Assembly: GCA_964016885.1 (NCBI GenBank)
Contig: OZ024743.1
Coordinates: 216,380,001-216,444,000, forward strand
DNA from: Eledone cirrhosa
Taxonomy: Eukaryota
Length of the DNA stretch: 64,000 bases
Reading direction: 5' to 3'
Shown: in pieces, positions 29,752 to 46,908 of the stretch
How the letters are laid out: every line of letters begins with the position of its first letter
Position numbering within the stretch: the stretch's first letter is position 1
The notes under the pieces: generated by a model
Told to the model about the DNA's origin: nothing
The model's database searches: none
Seen by the model: the letters and a program-made list of their open reading frames with translations, nothing else
Made by a program: the position numbers and the translations under genes

Positions 29752-29891
29752 TATATATATAAAAGCGTGAGTTTATGTATTTATATATATACATATATAC
29801 AGACGGTCGACGATTGTCAAATCGGACAGAGGGAACATGTTTTCGTACGGCTTTCCAATTGCTAATAAAGGGTATGTATATAAATATAAAT

Positions 29892-29995
<104 letters not shown>

Positions 29996-30037
29996 CATTT
30001 TTAGCTTGTTGAATCCCAACAAATTAAATATAACCTC

Positions 30038-30109
<72 letters not shown>

Positions 30110-30282
30110 AACCCTCCAGTATTCCGATAATTCGATCAGAGGTAAACACTGTATTTAAGGTCGAGTGTCGCAACTTCGTGTGATCAATGATCTTCACTTG
30201 TTCAATGAAACAATTGATGATACTAGAAATAAAACCTTTTTGTACAGCCGACCATGTTATTCATCAATCTTTCACTATATAT

Positions 30283-30349
<67 letters not shown>

Positions 30350-30352
<3 letters not shown>

Positions 30353-30517
30353 CGAAGGAGTTGTGGTTAGGAACGAGATGCACCATAACGCACCAGAGTA
30401 CTCAATACTTAGAGTAGTAGAGTGAGTAATAGGAAAATGTATGACCCCGATGCAGAGCTCAGGAAATAGCCGTCGAAATGGCGTGTGCTCTGCCGTCGGG
30501 GTCATACATTTTCCTAT
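30350..30517. mobile_element. Two adjacent mini pLTR-tail insertions, the second a ~90-nt hairpin
   Basis: 30350-30425 matches the 1340-1610 family; 30429-30460 is inverse to 30487-30517 (family of 1115-1260). Confidence 0.7.
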
Positions 30518-30523
30518 ATATAT

Positions 30524-30633
<110 letters not shown>

Positions 30634-31296
30634 TTGTGTGTGTGTGTGTGTGTGTGCAAAAATCTTCATGCGTATATGTGTGTGCTATTGTATATATATA
30701 TAGCCTTTGTTTCGCTAAATAATTTTCTATAAACTCTCTTATCTTTCTCACGCCGCCTTACATGTATATATGCTTGTATGTATATTCAAATTTATTCTGT
30801 CTTAAATGTATTGTTTCTTTTTATCTGAATAAGTATTAAGATGTCTTCTCTGATTACAATCAAACGTTGTATCTGCTGCTCTCGATCGTAATTTTTGCAT
30901 CTATACGTGTTTGTTTACGAATGTATTCCCGCTAATATTGATTAATCAAATAACATAAACAGTATTATCTGTAGTCATTAGTAGTATATACGAAAAAAAA
31001 AACCATAATATATAATCAATATTAAGCCTCGTTTTGAAATAAAGGGTCAAGGTCTTGTGAGATGGAGAGCGGTAGGGTTGAATTATGAATCATCAGAGAA
31101 ATGATTAAGATCAGATATCGTTGATATATTTTGTAGGAATAGAGTGGTCTTTATATGGTTTTTACATGACAGAAATCTATCACTATATACACACAATAAC
31201 AATTCTATTTAGACGTATTAAAAACACATTCACCTTGCGTACAAATATACATACATGCATATATACATACAAACATACACAAATACATAATTACAA

Positions 31297-31335
<39 letters not shown>

Positions 31336-31743
31336 CAATGATATTAAATAAATATTTAACATTATTTAATATCATTGAATATTATCCTCCAGAAAAACTT
31401 TTGAGTGCTTTGAATCAGTTATAAACATTTATATTCTTTGAATTACCAACAAATTAAATATCCCCTTTGCCTATATATATATATAGTATAATTGAATATA
31501 AAAGAGAGATAAACACAGATATATACATATATGTGTTCAAATCGTAAAGGACCAGATTCGCTTGGGTGAAAATGATACTAACTATGAATAATAGTGTTTG
31601 CCAGACTCAATTTAAGAATAAATCAAGAAAATAAATACAAACCGATATTGTGGTAACTACCAGACACCCAACAGTGTTTGGTGATACTGTTTCGCAATTT
31701 AATTGTGAAGAGAAGAGAATTACCAATTCCATTGCTCATCGGT

Positions 31744-31918
31744 GGGTGTAAAATTAATAAACTCTTCACTCCTAATTATCTCAGAAGACTGAATAGTGTG
31801 CGTATATAAAATAACGCACATAGCATCAGATGGGTGTAAAATTAATAAACTATTTACTTTTAAGTATCTCAGAAGACTGAATAGTGTGCGTATATAAAAC
31901 AACGCACATGGCATCAGA
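31744..31918. repeat. Imperfect direct repeat, 2 x ~88 nt
   Basis: gggtgtaaaattaataaact...tctcagaagactgaatagtgtgcgtatataaaa.aacgcacat.gcatcaga occurs twice. Confidence 0.85.
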
Positions 31919-33513
31919 ACCTAGCATGTCTCAAAATCGTATACTACTAAAAATAGCAGCCAAGTTTACTCGACATTTAAATTAGCTCGACAAATTGAAG
32001 GAGCCGAATGTATGTTTGGGGCTCTTGTTTGAGCTTTTGTACACATTGGATGTCTATTTGTCTCAGGAGCTTCCGTAAAGTCCTGACCAGCATTGTAACA
32101 GTAGGGGGCGTTTTCACTGTGAGTTTGATGTTGACATTGAATCCCATTTTGATTAGTGTGTCGGCCACTGGAAGATGCGAGAAGCAACAAACACGCTGAA
32201 AACATAATCTCTCACGTTCAGAATAGCGGCAGATGTCCGGATTTATGTTTACGCGTGTTAGTGTATTAAGTTTGATTTAACAATTGGTGGTGATATTGTA
32301 GGATATGTATTGTGGCGTTGGCTGATGTTTCTTCTAAGATTTCCGTGTCCTGTGCCAAGTAGATGAGTGCAATTGGAGTTAGAATGTATCCACAATCTCT
32401 CATGTAGTAAATAGCGGCCTATGTTTGAGTTTCATGTGAGTGTTTTAGTATGGGTAGTTGAAAGTTCATAGATTTAAAACTAGCAAGTGCGTAATAAGTC
32501 ATGGCTGAGCTCTTATACTTGATATCACCACGCAGGTAACGGCCACCAAATAAGATGAATATTTGCAATAGAAATGAGTTCCTGCTAAATGTATAGGGAA
32601 CTTTGGATCACACAGAAGAAAGATATTATACAAAGATGGAGCAATTGGTGACAATATTAACACTTACGTAATCTCTAAAAGTCAAATGATGTAGTTAGGA
32701 TTAGCCGAGTAAAGGCCTCGTCTAAAAATACCTATTTCTGGCGCAAATATAACCTCAGAAAAGTGCAGTATGTTCAGCTGCAATAAAAACACACATACCG
32801 CAACATTACGTGTGCAACAAGATACGTTTTTGAGCCTTAGATAGACTGATTTATATATGTATAGAATGCGTAGAATCAGTAAACAATTTAAAATATATTA
32901 ACCCTTTTATTCATTATAAATTGATTGTGAAAATGCTAGTGATATTTGGTGCACAATGTATTATAGTGCCCATCCAAAGTCGTAAAACTGGCGGTAGAAT
33001 AGCGACATATGCTAGGTGATGCCAAATGAACGCTTAAAGTGTGAGACACCAAAGTAACTCTAGAAGAGAGGAAAACTTAAAATTTGGCGACGATGATGTT
33101 ACAACCCTGCTCCTCACCCGTAAAGGTGAGGAGCAGGAATTGTGTCTCCGACGCTGACTAGTTTTGTCGGTTACTGCCTGTCAATATTTCAATCTCAGTG
33201 CATCAGTTCCAGTGTTTATTATGGTCTCCAGTTTTAACTGACTCGGCTCAGCACGTACTGTAAAACTTAATTGTCATATATTTAATTCTACATACGTAAG
33301 TTTTCTTTTGTGTTTCTGTCAACACTCCAAGGAAAGTGTTTGACTAATTTGACTAATTTGACTAATTTGTCAGACAATGAGGCCACAGAAGGAGAAGCAG
33401 TTGAGTCGGTAGTGGTCGAAACTCTGTATGTACATTTCGATGGTAGATAACTACGGATTTTGTACCTGTTGGCAATAATATGTGTCGCATGCGGTGGCTC
33501 ATTCACTTTTCTT

Positions 33514-33614
<101 letters not shown>

Positions 33615-33654
33615 CGAGAGAGAGAGAGATTTTGTTTATATATATATATATATA

Positions 33655-34268
33655 TGAGAGTATTGAAGTTTGCCTGAAGCATTGTGGAATAATAATGTAT
33701 ATTTCTTTAGGTCATTTTGGAAGCCTCAACAATGCAGATGGGTAAATCTCCGGGTCACAAGATCCGGTGGTGGAGAGAGATATGTAAGTGAATGTAGGTT
33801 GAGATGTGTAGCGTGTAAAAGAGTGTAGGGAAGAGCGTAAAGGCTATAAAAAATAACACGAGATAGAGTTACCTTGGGAGAGATTTAATTGTCCCTATAT
33901 ATATCGGATTCACATCCATCAACAGGGGGTCCGGGGGGGGGGTATGTCAGAATGGTGCGAAACGTGTCCTCCGCTGTTCGTTGTTTTGAATATCGCACCT
34001 TACAGTCAGACAACCTCCCCCCTCCCCTCCTGGAAAAAACCCCTCAGTTGATGGATGTGAATCCAAAATATATAGGGACAATTAAATATCTCTCAAGGTA
34101 ACTCTATCTCGTGTTATTATGTTTATCCTTTACGCTCTTCCCTACACTCTTTTACACGCTACACATCTCAACCTACATTCACTTACATATCTCTCTCCAC
34201 CACCGGATCTTGTTACCCGGAGATTTACCTATTGCATTGTTGAGTCTTCCAAAGCGACCTAAAGAAAT
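33655..34268. mobile_element. Head-to-head fold-back element with HHR-like motif
   Basis: 33703-33923 is inverse to 34048-34268; left tail about 50 nt; minus arm reads ccc CTGTTGA t ggat-gtga-atcc GA(T/A)A TATA TA ggg. Confidence 0.8.
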
Positions 34269-34477
34269 ATATATATATATATATACACACAAAATATTAA
34301 AACAATCAAATCTTCAAATTAGGATTGGTACTCTGAAATAGCGATGTATACATGAATGTATGTATAGTATATTTGGCAATATACTGTATGTTTAATTAAA
34401 AACATTTTGAAGACCTTGCGCTATTATGTTAAAGTAGTGACTATGTCACTTCTTTTTTTTCAGCAAAGGAAGGGAGA

Positions 34478-34523
34478 TAAGCTGACAGATCTGTTTCACA
34501 CTGTTGGTGTCCATCAGAGCTTA
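34478..34523 (-). ncRNA. Hammerhead copy with A9G change
   Basis: taagct CTGATGG acac-caaca-gtgt GAAACAGATCTGTC agctta. Confidence 0.75.
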
Positions 34524-34825
34524 GCACTCGCCGACCTTTGCTGAAAATTATAGAGGCTGGATTCTTATAGCATTCCAGTAATAATCAGGAACTGATTATA
34601 CAGAGCTATTGCCGGTCCAGCAAAAATTGAAATGTAGGATTGGTGCTCTGAAATAGCGATGTATAAATGAATGTATGTATAGTATATTTGGCAATATACT
34701 GTATGTTTAATTAAAAACATTTTGATGACCATGCGCTATTATTTTAAAGTAGTGACTATGACACTTTTTTTTTCAGCAAAGGAAGAGAAAAAAAGAAGTA
34801 ATTTTCGGCAAAGGTCGGCGAGTGC

Positions 34826-34871
34826 TAAGCTCTGATGAACACCAATAATGTGAAACAGATCTGTCAGCTTA
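34826..34871 (+). ncRNA. Canonical minimal hammerhead
   Basis: taagct CTGATGA acaccaataatgt GAAA C-AGATCT-G TC agctta. Confidence 0.9.
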
Positions 34872-35024
34872 TCTCCCTTCCTTTGCTGGAAAAAAAAGAA
34901 GTAAGTGACATAGTCACTACTTTAAAATAATAGCGCAAGGTTTTCAAAATGTTTTTAATTAAACATACAGTATATTGCCAAATATACTATACATACAATC
35001 AAATCTTAGTGTTATACATTTATT

Positions 35025-35070
35025 TGCTGACATTGTTTCTTCCAGAGGGATATCTGGAATCATCGGAGCA
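35025..35070 (-). ncRNA. Hammerhead at the probable 3' end of the second Naiad-type PLE
   Basis: tgct CCGATGA ttccaga-tatccc-tctggaa GAAA C-AAT-G TC agca. Confidence 0.7.
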
Positions 35071-36047
35071 CAGGGAATGTTTAGACAGGTGATTAAAATC
35101 CTAGTCTTCAGAACATTTATGTAGATACGTAACTGTTGTCAGTGTCATAGACATCATATATAAAATCGAGAGTTAAAAAATAATGTTATTTTTCAGAAAA
35201 CACAATTACAAGGAGCAATGGTGAAAAGTGAAAAATAAGCATATTATGTAGAACAGTATTGTTTAAAGTTTACATGTGCAAAAGGTACAAGCAAAAAAAA
35301 AAAAAAAGATACATGTGCAAAAGGTACATGCAAACAAATTTCTTTTTTTAATGGCGTACTATATGGTAGAGAGACAAGTGGTGATAAAATGGATATATGT
35401 AATGTAAGGTGGATATATGTTATGCAAACCACGTGATTGAATTAGATAGGTAATTTTCATTCAAGAAGTTTTATATTGGAGTTCGTATATAGATGTATAT
35501 GTTGAGTGTAACTCAGATGTATTAACCATGGAATTTTATTAGTTTTAGATGTAATTCTTTTGAGATGTGTATAGTTTATCGATATGTGTTTGGTAAAGAT
35601 AAATCCCACTTAATTACTGGCCATGTTGTTATAGTAAGTATATTATACTATGCATTCCTATCTTTAAATTTTCTATTAAGGAATATTAGAGTTTGCTTTA
35701 TGTGCGAGTTCCATTAATAGTTATTAGGCGGTGGAGAAGTCGTTAGGTTGTTTTAACATTATGAATTTAAACAGGAAACGGTATTCTCCAGGGGAGTTGA
35801 TAACAATGGGAGGTAATTAAGGAGGTACTTAAGGTTATTGATAAATTAAGGATTGTTTTATTATTGTAAATGGATTGTATTATCTATTGAAATTCATCTT
35901 TCATTAAGTAGTGTTATAAATTAATATTTATGAATTATAAAATATTATTAATGATTATTAATTAATTATATATAAAAGTTATTTGTTATTCTTATCTATT
36001 CAAATTGTGTAGAGTGCTAAAAACATTTTTATAACAAGATAGGGATT

Positions 36048-36151
<104 letters not shown>

Positions 36152-36870
36152 ATGTGTGTGTGTGTGTGAGAGAGAAAGACTATATATATATATATATTTA
36201 TAAACAAACCGCACCAACATATATCCTGTCCAATATTACTTCTTAGTTATCAAATTTGCACCACATATATATATTAATAATAAACCACTTCTTTGATCCC
36301 GCTCCTAATACAATTCTAAATGTTTTCAATAACCAAATAAATAAATAATTTAGACACCCTCATATACTCTCAATACTTACTTCTAAAACAATATATTACA
36401 CTAATTAAATAGCTGACAACAGTGTATATAACACTAATTACTCAATTATATATTATATAAATCCCTATCTCACTCTGCACAATATATATATATATATATA
36501 CATATTTTGCAGAGTGAGATAGGGATTTATATAATATATAATTGAGTAATTAGTGTTATATACACTGTTGTCAGCTATTTACTTAGTGTAATATATTGTT
36601 TTAGGAGTAAGTATTGAGAGTATATGAGGGTGTCTAAATTATTTATTTATTTGATTATTGAAAACATTTAGAATTGTATTAGGTGCGGGATCAAAGAAGT
36701 GGTTTATTAATATATATATGTGGTGCAGATTTGATAACTAAGAAGTAATATTGGACAGGATATATGTTGGTGCGGTTTGTTTAAGTTAAGCTTTAGTTAT
36801 ATATGTACTAACATCTAATGGGATAAATTTAAAGGTAGTGGTCTAGTATTATTTCCGACATTGGTTTCTA

Positions 36871-38616
36871 TCAGCTACTTGGTTTGAAGTAGTAGAGAGA
36901 ATATCTGTGGTAATATGGTCACGCGGAAAACATTTCTGATTTCCTATTTAGCAGTTTAAGATTTGAATAAATAATAGTTCTAGACTCGAGGATGCAAAGG
37001 TTACAAAATGTGTTAGGGGGTTTATATCAAGTGGCCTTAGCTATCACTTCCCAATCTAACGTATATGGTATATTACTTGATTTTAATGACTGTATGTATG
37101 AGGATAGTGAAGTTACATTACTATGTCTAGGGTTTCTAAACAAATGGCGGTACGAATTACATCTGGTTGTAAAGTTATTCGATGTTGAACCTATATAGAC
37201 TTTCGAAATATGACTAGCAGTGACAGTAGAGGAGTAGATAATGTCTTTAATAAGGCAGTTCTTACTTAATGGGCATGTTCTATTAGGTCTACAATTACAA
37301 TTGTTTTTGTAACTAGTATATTGCTTAAAGGGGTATGGATTTGAGCGGTTATTTCTGTTTATACTTCTAGTATTATGATTATAGTAAGTATCATTATTAT
37401 TATTATTGGTATTATTACTAATACTTGCAGTATAGTCCTGTACTGAGTTATTGTTAAGGTTATTTCTATGTTGAACATATTTAACTTGGTGTAATCTGGA
37501 GTACTTTTTAAATGTTCCTCTTGTTACTGCTAGCTATATGGTCTGCGATGTTAGGTGGCGTGTAGTAAGAGATTAATAGTATTTTGTTAAACAGGTTGTG
37601 GTATTTATGGTTAGTTGGGAGGTTTTTGTCTAAAATAGAAAAGAAAACTTTAGGTATATTGGTTGAGACATTTAAGTTGAACGGAGGATTAAAAAATATG
37701 TTACTTCTTCTTCTTCTTCTATTCTTCTTATGATTGCTATTTATATTACTACTTTGTGTGCTGTTAGGTACCTTATTAGTTATATTTTTGTTTTTAACAT
37801 AATTTTTCTTTCTCTAGTTTTTCTTAGGATTATTGTTGTGGTGTGAGTTAACTTGTTTGATACCGTCTGTATTGGAGTCGGGATTTTCAATACTATGATT
37901 ATATTTAATTTTATTCATGGCTATGTTGTGTGAAATTATATTAGATTGTTTATGGTTAGATGACGATTTAGGTTTAATTTAGATATTATCTCTATGGCCC
38001 GAACGAGCTAAGGTTTCATTATAGTATTGGGAATTACGGTTAAATGTAGTTTTGTTGTAAGAGAGACTAGAAATTCTATTAGATCGACCTTGAGTGATTG
38101 AGGTCAATACAGATTTGGGGTGGTTAGAATTGGTATTAACATAGAAAAGTATTTCAGTGGTTTTATGAGTCTAAGTAAAGAGTAACGTCAAGGAAGTTAA
38201 CATTTTTGGTGCTTTTATCTAAAGTGTTACCTAGGTTGAAGTTTTTAAATATTTTATGTAATTGTTTTCTAGTTCTTTCCATGTTAATTTTTTTAAATCA
38301 AATTAGAAACGTGCATCGTCTCGATAGAGACCACCGTTAAGGTAAGGTAAGTTCTTATGTATTTCACTTAAGAGAAATAAACCAAATAAGTCAGTAACCT
38401 GTGTCGTGTCGCTAGATCCCATAGTGATATAGAAGTTGTTGGGTGTATTCTTGCGGGCCCATAATTGATCTTCAAATGCAATCATGGTTTTCCTGGCCGC
38501 AAGGATGATATCTACCTGGGATCTAGTAAGTTCAATATTATTCTTGGGCCATTATTAGTGCTTTATTTAAACGGATTAGTGAAATAGAGGTGTAGTAAGA
38601 GATTATATCAAACTAG

Positions 38617-38622
<6 letters not shown>
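36871..38622 (-). pseudogene. PLE RT plus GIY-YIG, decayed
   Basis: LDIISYYTSI, FYITMGSSDTTQVTDLFGLF, GGLYRDD, NSNHP, FFNPPF, CNCRPNRTCPL..C..IIY..VYIG, FCNLC, LLNRKSE. Confidence 0.9.
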
Positions 38623-38679
<57 letters not shown>

Positions 38680-38683
<4 letters not shown>

Positions 38684-39022
38684 TAAAATAACAGATGAAA
38701 GTTTAAGCAAAGAATGGCTGCGTTTACCTGAGGAAGACAGGAATACGATACTCTCGTTCGTGGAAACGTTTCCCCGAACCCAAGTATCGTCTTCCTGTCT
38801 TCCTTCGGTTGCAACGTTTTTTTAAATATTCACTTCCGCGTTCACAGATTGACTTTGTTAGTTTCAGAAGATCCCGTTTAAGGTGAAAGCACCGATTCTT
38901 TGCTTAAATATTAATCTGTTATTTTAATCAATATTTGCTCTACGGTTCTTATATATTTGATATATATTTATCCTTATCGAGCCTTCTTTGGATTTTCGTC
39001 TTCAAATTTATTATTATTACTA
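38680..39022. mobile_element. TA-flanked fold-back centred on ggaaacgtttcc
   Basis: 38680-38730 is inverse to 38881-38930; inner hairpin 38732-38803; right tail. Confidence 0.75.
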
Positions 39023-39035
39023 TATATATATATAT

Positions 39036-39876
<841 letters not shown>

Positions 39877-39937
39877 AATATATATATATATATAAACACA
39901 CACACGCACGCACATACACACATATACATACACACAC

Positions 39938-39987
<50 letters not shown>

Positions 39988-40036
39988 ATACAACTTCCTG
40001 ATTATCTAAAGCACATCACTAGGTGCGTACTTATAC

Positions 40037-40067
<31 letters not shown>

Positions 40068-40767
40068 CGTGTGCGTGTGTGTGTGTGCGTGTTTGTGTGT
40101 CTGTGTATGTGTGTGTGTGTGTGTGCGCGCGCACAGAGGTGTGTTTTAGATAACCAGGAAGTTGTATTTTCAGGCAGGTATGTATATATTTTTGATGCAT
40201 TTTATGTGGATGAGGATGAGGAAAACATGGGGAGAATAAATTGATAGATATATCTGATTGGCGGATGTTGGGTTGGAATTTCCTTTGAAGAATTTGATAT
40301 GAAACCATCGAAGAATGGTCGCCTATCGTAAGGAATGGTTTTATACTTACTATTGATGTGTTGCTGGAAGCAATAAGAAATAATACTCTGTATTTGATCC
40401 CAATATAACAGTCTATTATAGATTCTTTCAATATTTCTATAATTTAATTTATATATATATTCCCTTTCCGCTATCGACCGTTGTTCTGGCGTATTTCACT
40501 TCGCTGTGCTATTATGATGCTCCTCCCTTATTCCTTACCCATATTCTCCCATTCAACATGTATTATCCACTATTAAAAAAAAGTCCGGATTTCAATCATT
40601 ATTTTACTTCGTTGATTAATAATGTCTTTTACTCTTTCTTTTTCTTATTGTGAATGTTACATATATAACATTTCATTCTGTTTCTTTTTCGTGTCTTTGA
40701 TTCTGTAATTCTTTTTGTAGTTTTTCACTCTCACGCACAAACTCATCCATATATATATATATATGTG

Positions 40768-40844
<77 letters not shown>

Positions 40845-42663
40845 ATAAACATGTGTGTGCGTTTGTGTGTGTAATCCGTCATCCGTCATGTACATATATT
40901 AGTTTGGTCACTTCTACGATTTTCCATTTCTATCATAACAAACTTTGATCTCTCGTTCTTACCTGTTTTTCAGTTATTGGTTATCGTTACATTGCTTTTT
41001 TTTATTATTTTCCCGTTTCTATGACATTGAATAGAATGGCTTAACGTTCTACTGCTATTAATAATGATGACTTTCGAATAGGCAGAGTGATACATTTTCA
41101 GGTGAGCTGATATATTCTATGTAAATGGTACCTGTGTATAAATGCTACTTATTTTATTGATCCAAGAGGGAAGTCTATTACGAATACTGATTCTTCAGAA
41201 ACATGTATTCAAAATATAGAGATATTAATAGTGTAACTCAACAAAATTATGTTATAGGATGTTAGTACGATGTAAGCAACTTTAAGCAGCATTTCTCATC
41301 GAAGCTCTTCTTTCAACTCAAAGAAATGAGTCAATTTCTCTCTCGACAGTTTAATGTGATTTAAATAACTGATTACTCAACGTACCTTAAATATCAATGA
41401 AGTCCCACTCAAATTACAGAATACTGTCTTAAATAATGGTAGAAACATCAGTTAATGTGTTTCTAAATAGCCATAAAAGGATTCAAATATCATGGGTAGA
41501 AAGCTTGATCATGTATAAATCGGGGTGAATTAAACAATTTAATTGAGCTTGCTAGAGTCAAACCGTTTTCAGTAGTCACAAATCTGTTACCGAATATGCA
41601 CTAAAAGCCGTCGTTTGAGAAGAAAGTAAGGTCAATTTTGCTTCATCAGACGCTCATTTCTTCTTCAAAGTTAAAATATACTTTACATTTCTACAGAGTC
41701 AATATAATCATGAACAGTGAAATTCGAATGAATATATTAACTATAATTCTTGCCATTTCCGATACACAGAAACAAATATTATATACAATTATGTGAAGGG
41801 TAATCGCGGGGAAACAAACTAATTTAAATACTAGCTATATTATTATTGTATATCTGTTGGATCCAAAATGTATGTGTGTCAAACATAATGTCGAGCTCCC
41901 AATAATTTATGTGTGGGTTAAAATTTAATCTGTTCAAAAGCAGTGCGTGTGTGTATGTTTGGTGGGGGTTGTCTGCGTATTTATCTTATTAGTTTACTTG
42001 TGTGTCTTTATATTGCCATAGTCACTATGTTGTGAAGTGGTTAAACTTCCATTCATGTTTCCATTTCATTTTGTTTTAAGTTAGTTTATATTTGTAGCGT
42101 CGATAATCCGTCGTAGCATTGCACCACTTCTGTGTGTAGATATAAATTTCTTCTCGATGATCTCTAGTGATCTAACATGCATTCTGGTAGATTGGTGGAG
42201 TAATGATGGGTTTTTCTCGTCTTGAAGTTCTCACCAATGTCCTTTCCTTCTTTGTCCTATGCTTCGGGTCGTCTTACCTATATATGCTGAGTTCCTATTC
42301 TTACACTGTCCCTCCGTGCATCCTATGATATGAACAATGTTCTTGGAATTTCAGTTAAATGTTGGGCTTAATCTGAAGACTAAATACTTTTATCGGATCT
42401 AGGGAGTCTCCGTAAAAGCGTGCGTTCTGCTAATCAGACATTTTCTATGGGAATACCTAGTTTTCTTACTATTTTAAAATGTAATTTTAGTTTGACTAGA
42501 GACCTTCTAAATCTGTGTATTAGTTCAGCTCTTGGAGAGAATTGATGACAACTATATTCTGAATTGCTTTTGCTGTTATACCATGAGTTGCCGTTATTTA
42601 TCTTCGTCTTGGCTTCCTCTATTCTATTCCAAAATGTTGCTCCTCGTCACAGACACACACACA

Positions 42664-45062
<2,399 letters not shown>

Positions 45063-45067
45063 ATATA

Positions 45068-45163
<96 letters not shown>

Positions 45164-45340
45164 CATAAACAGAGAAAGCCTTAAGCGATACTCCGACCAA
45201 CTTCATCTCACTCAACAAACATTAGGATATATCTAATTATTAACCCGATTTAGTGTTTGGGGTGCTAACTAATCAGTATTTCGTTGATAGCTGGTTCTAT
45301 TATTTTATATGAGACATTATTAAATAAATATCTCTTTCCT

Positions 45341-45464
45341 TCCAGACGGCCGTTTCGTTATAAGATTTCTACAATTTGGGATAAATAATTTCCAGGTTAT
45401 GTAGAAACTTGTATATAATCCATAGTTTTATACACAAGCGGGCTCTTATAAACTCATCAGAGGA
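45341..45464 (-). ncRNA. Canonical hammerhead with branched stem II
   Basis: tcct CTGATGA gtttataag..[cttgt..acaag][tttctaca..tgtagaaa]..cttataac GAAA C-GGCC-G TC tgga; lies in element about 45165-45800. Confidence 0.85.
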
Positions 45465-45903
45465 TGATCAAATAATATCGATATAAGAATTATATCGACA
45501 TTAATAGAATGTTGATGGTCTCCCTCAGCGCTAAGAAGAGACTGGTACATTAGAAAACCCATCAGTTCTCCCAAGGATAAAAGAAACGCTGTCTCCAAAA
45601 GGGTAAAGGGAGGTCATCTTAAAATAAAACAATATACACGCTGGTCATTTAAACCTGTTAGGTATTAACCACTCAATTGGATATTAAATGAATAACTATA
45701 TGTATACACAACCAAAGCACACACAGAGATATTAAAACATAATAAATACATGTATCGATCACCCATATAGAGACATAGTCATTCTATAAGGCTAAATCAG
45801 ACATGGGATATAAGGAAGATGAATCAGTATTTCATATGAAAAAAAATAATAATAATAAAGAGAGTCATACCTTATATCTGGAAATCATACCAGGCCACCA
45901 AGA

Positions 45904-45967
<64 letters not shown>

Positions 45968-45969
<2 letters not shown>

Positions 45970-46464
45970 TCTTGGGGATTCCATAAGCCTGTAAGCTCTT
46001 CATCAGGTAGTGACGGTCCACAGAATCAAAGACCTTCCTAAAGTCAATGAAAACCATGACCGCAGGAAGGCACTTTGCTCTAAGTCGCTCTAATATCCTC
46101 CTCAGCATCAGGATGTAACCGGTGGTTGATCTTCCCACTCTGAAGCTGTTCTGGTTGTCCATGAGCTTCTTCTCCATCTCAGGCTTGATCCTGTTAAGAA
46201 TCATCCTGTTGAGGGTCTTTGCCACAGAGAAGACTGAGGTTAGCTGGAGATGCTCACCGACATCAAGAGTTGACATTGCTCTCAATGCTCCTGTGGGAGC
46301 CCCTACATGGACACACTGGAAGACGAAGACCAAGGTTAAGGTATGTTAATGCAATAAGGACAGACACTGGTCTGTTGGAGACGCAGGACATGGCAGCGAT
46401 AATGTGGGACAGACACCGCCTGAGAAAACTCGTTCATGGATCTCGGAGATGTTACCCACCCTAG
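45968..46464. mobile_element. RTE-type LINE fragment with 5' inversion
   Basis: Minus 45968-46222: AKTLNRMILNRI...NQNSFRVGRST...FIDFRKVFDSV...AYGIP. Plus 46222-46464: RRLRLAG..HRH...LLWEP..G...RRP...DTG....M.DR. Confidence 0.85.
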
Positions 46465-46481
46465 AATATATATATATGCGG

Positions 46482-46541
<60 letters not shown>

Positions 46542-46767
46542 GTATGTGTGTGTGTGTGTGCGTGTGTGCGTGTGTATAGATCTACCAAAATAAACGGTAG
46601 TGTCTAATCCGTATGAAAAATCTCAATGTAGTCCAAAAATAGAAGATATCATGAAAAGAGAAAATACATTCAAAATTTAACGATAAAATCATAGGAAAAC
46701 AGCCAAGATAAATTAATAAAAACAAGGAAATAAACACAAAGAACAAGTTACTTATATTGAAGAAAAA

Positions 46768-46908
46768 TCACCATTTTACGATCGTTTCTGGGATATATAT
46801 ATGTGTTGGTATGTATATCATATTAAAGATCTATGTAAAGAAATATTACAAATTATCAGAGGCGATATACATACCTTCATTTATATATGCCATCTTCAGA
46901 AACGATGA
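46768..46908 (-). ncRNA. Hammerhead (long stem II)
   Basis: tcatcgttt CTGAAGA tgg...cca GAAACGATCGTA aaatggtga. Confidence 0.8.

Larger units (their letters stand above)
34315..34997. mobile_element. Retrozyme-like insertion: about 1.5 units of 315 nt plus inverted partial unit, with 13-bp TSD
   Basis: 34321 landmark repeated at 34636; 34808-34997 is inverse to 34355-34542; acaatcaaatctt at 34302-34314 and 34995-35007. Confidence 0.88.

Noticed and set aside
33107-33138. Perfect GC-rich 13-bp hairpin cctgctcctcacc/ggtgaggagcagg
   Set aside because: No Helitron CTRR end, U-tract or HHR boxes nearby; function cannot be assigned.
40255-40325. GAAAC-CAT..ATG-GTC resembling HHR stem III
   Set aside because: No CUGANGA box adjacent to a matching stem I.
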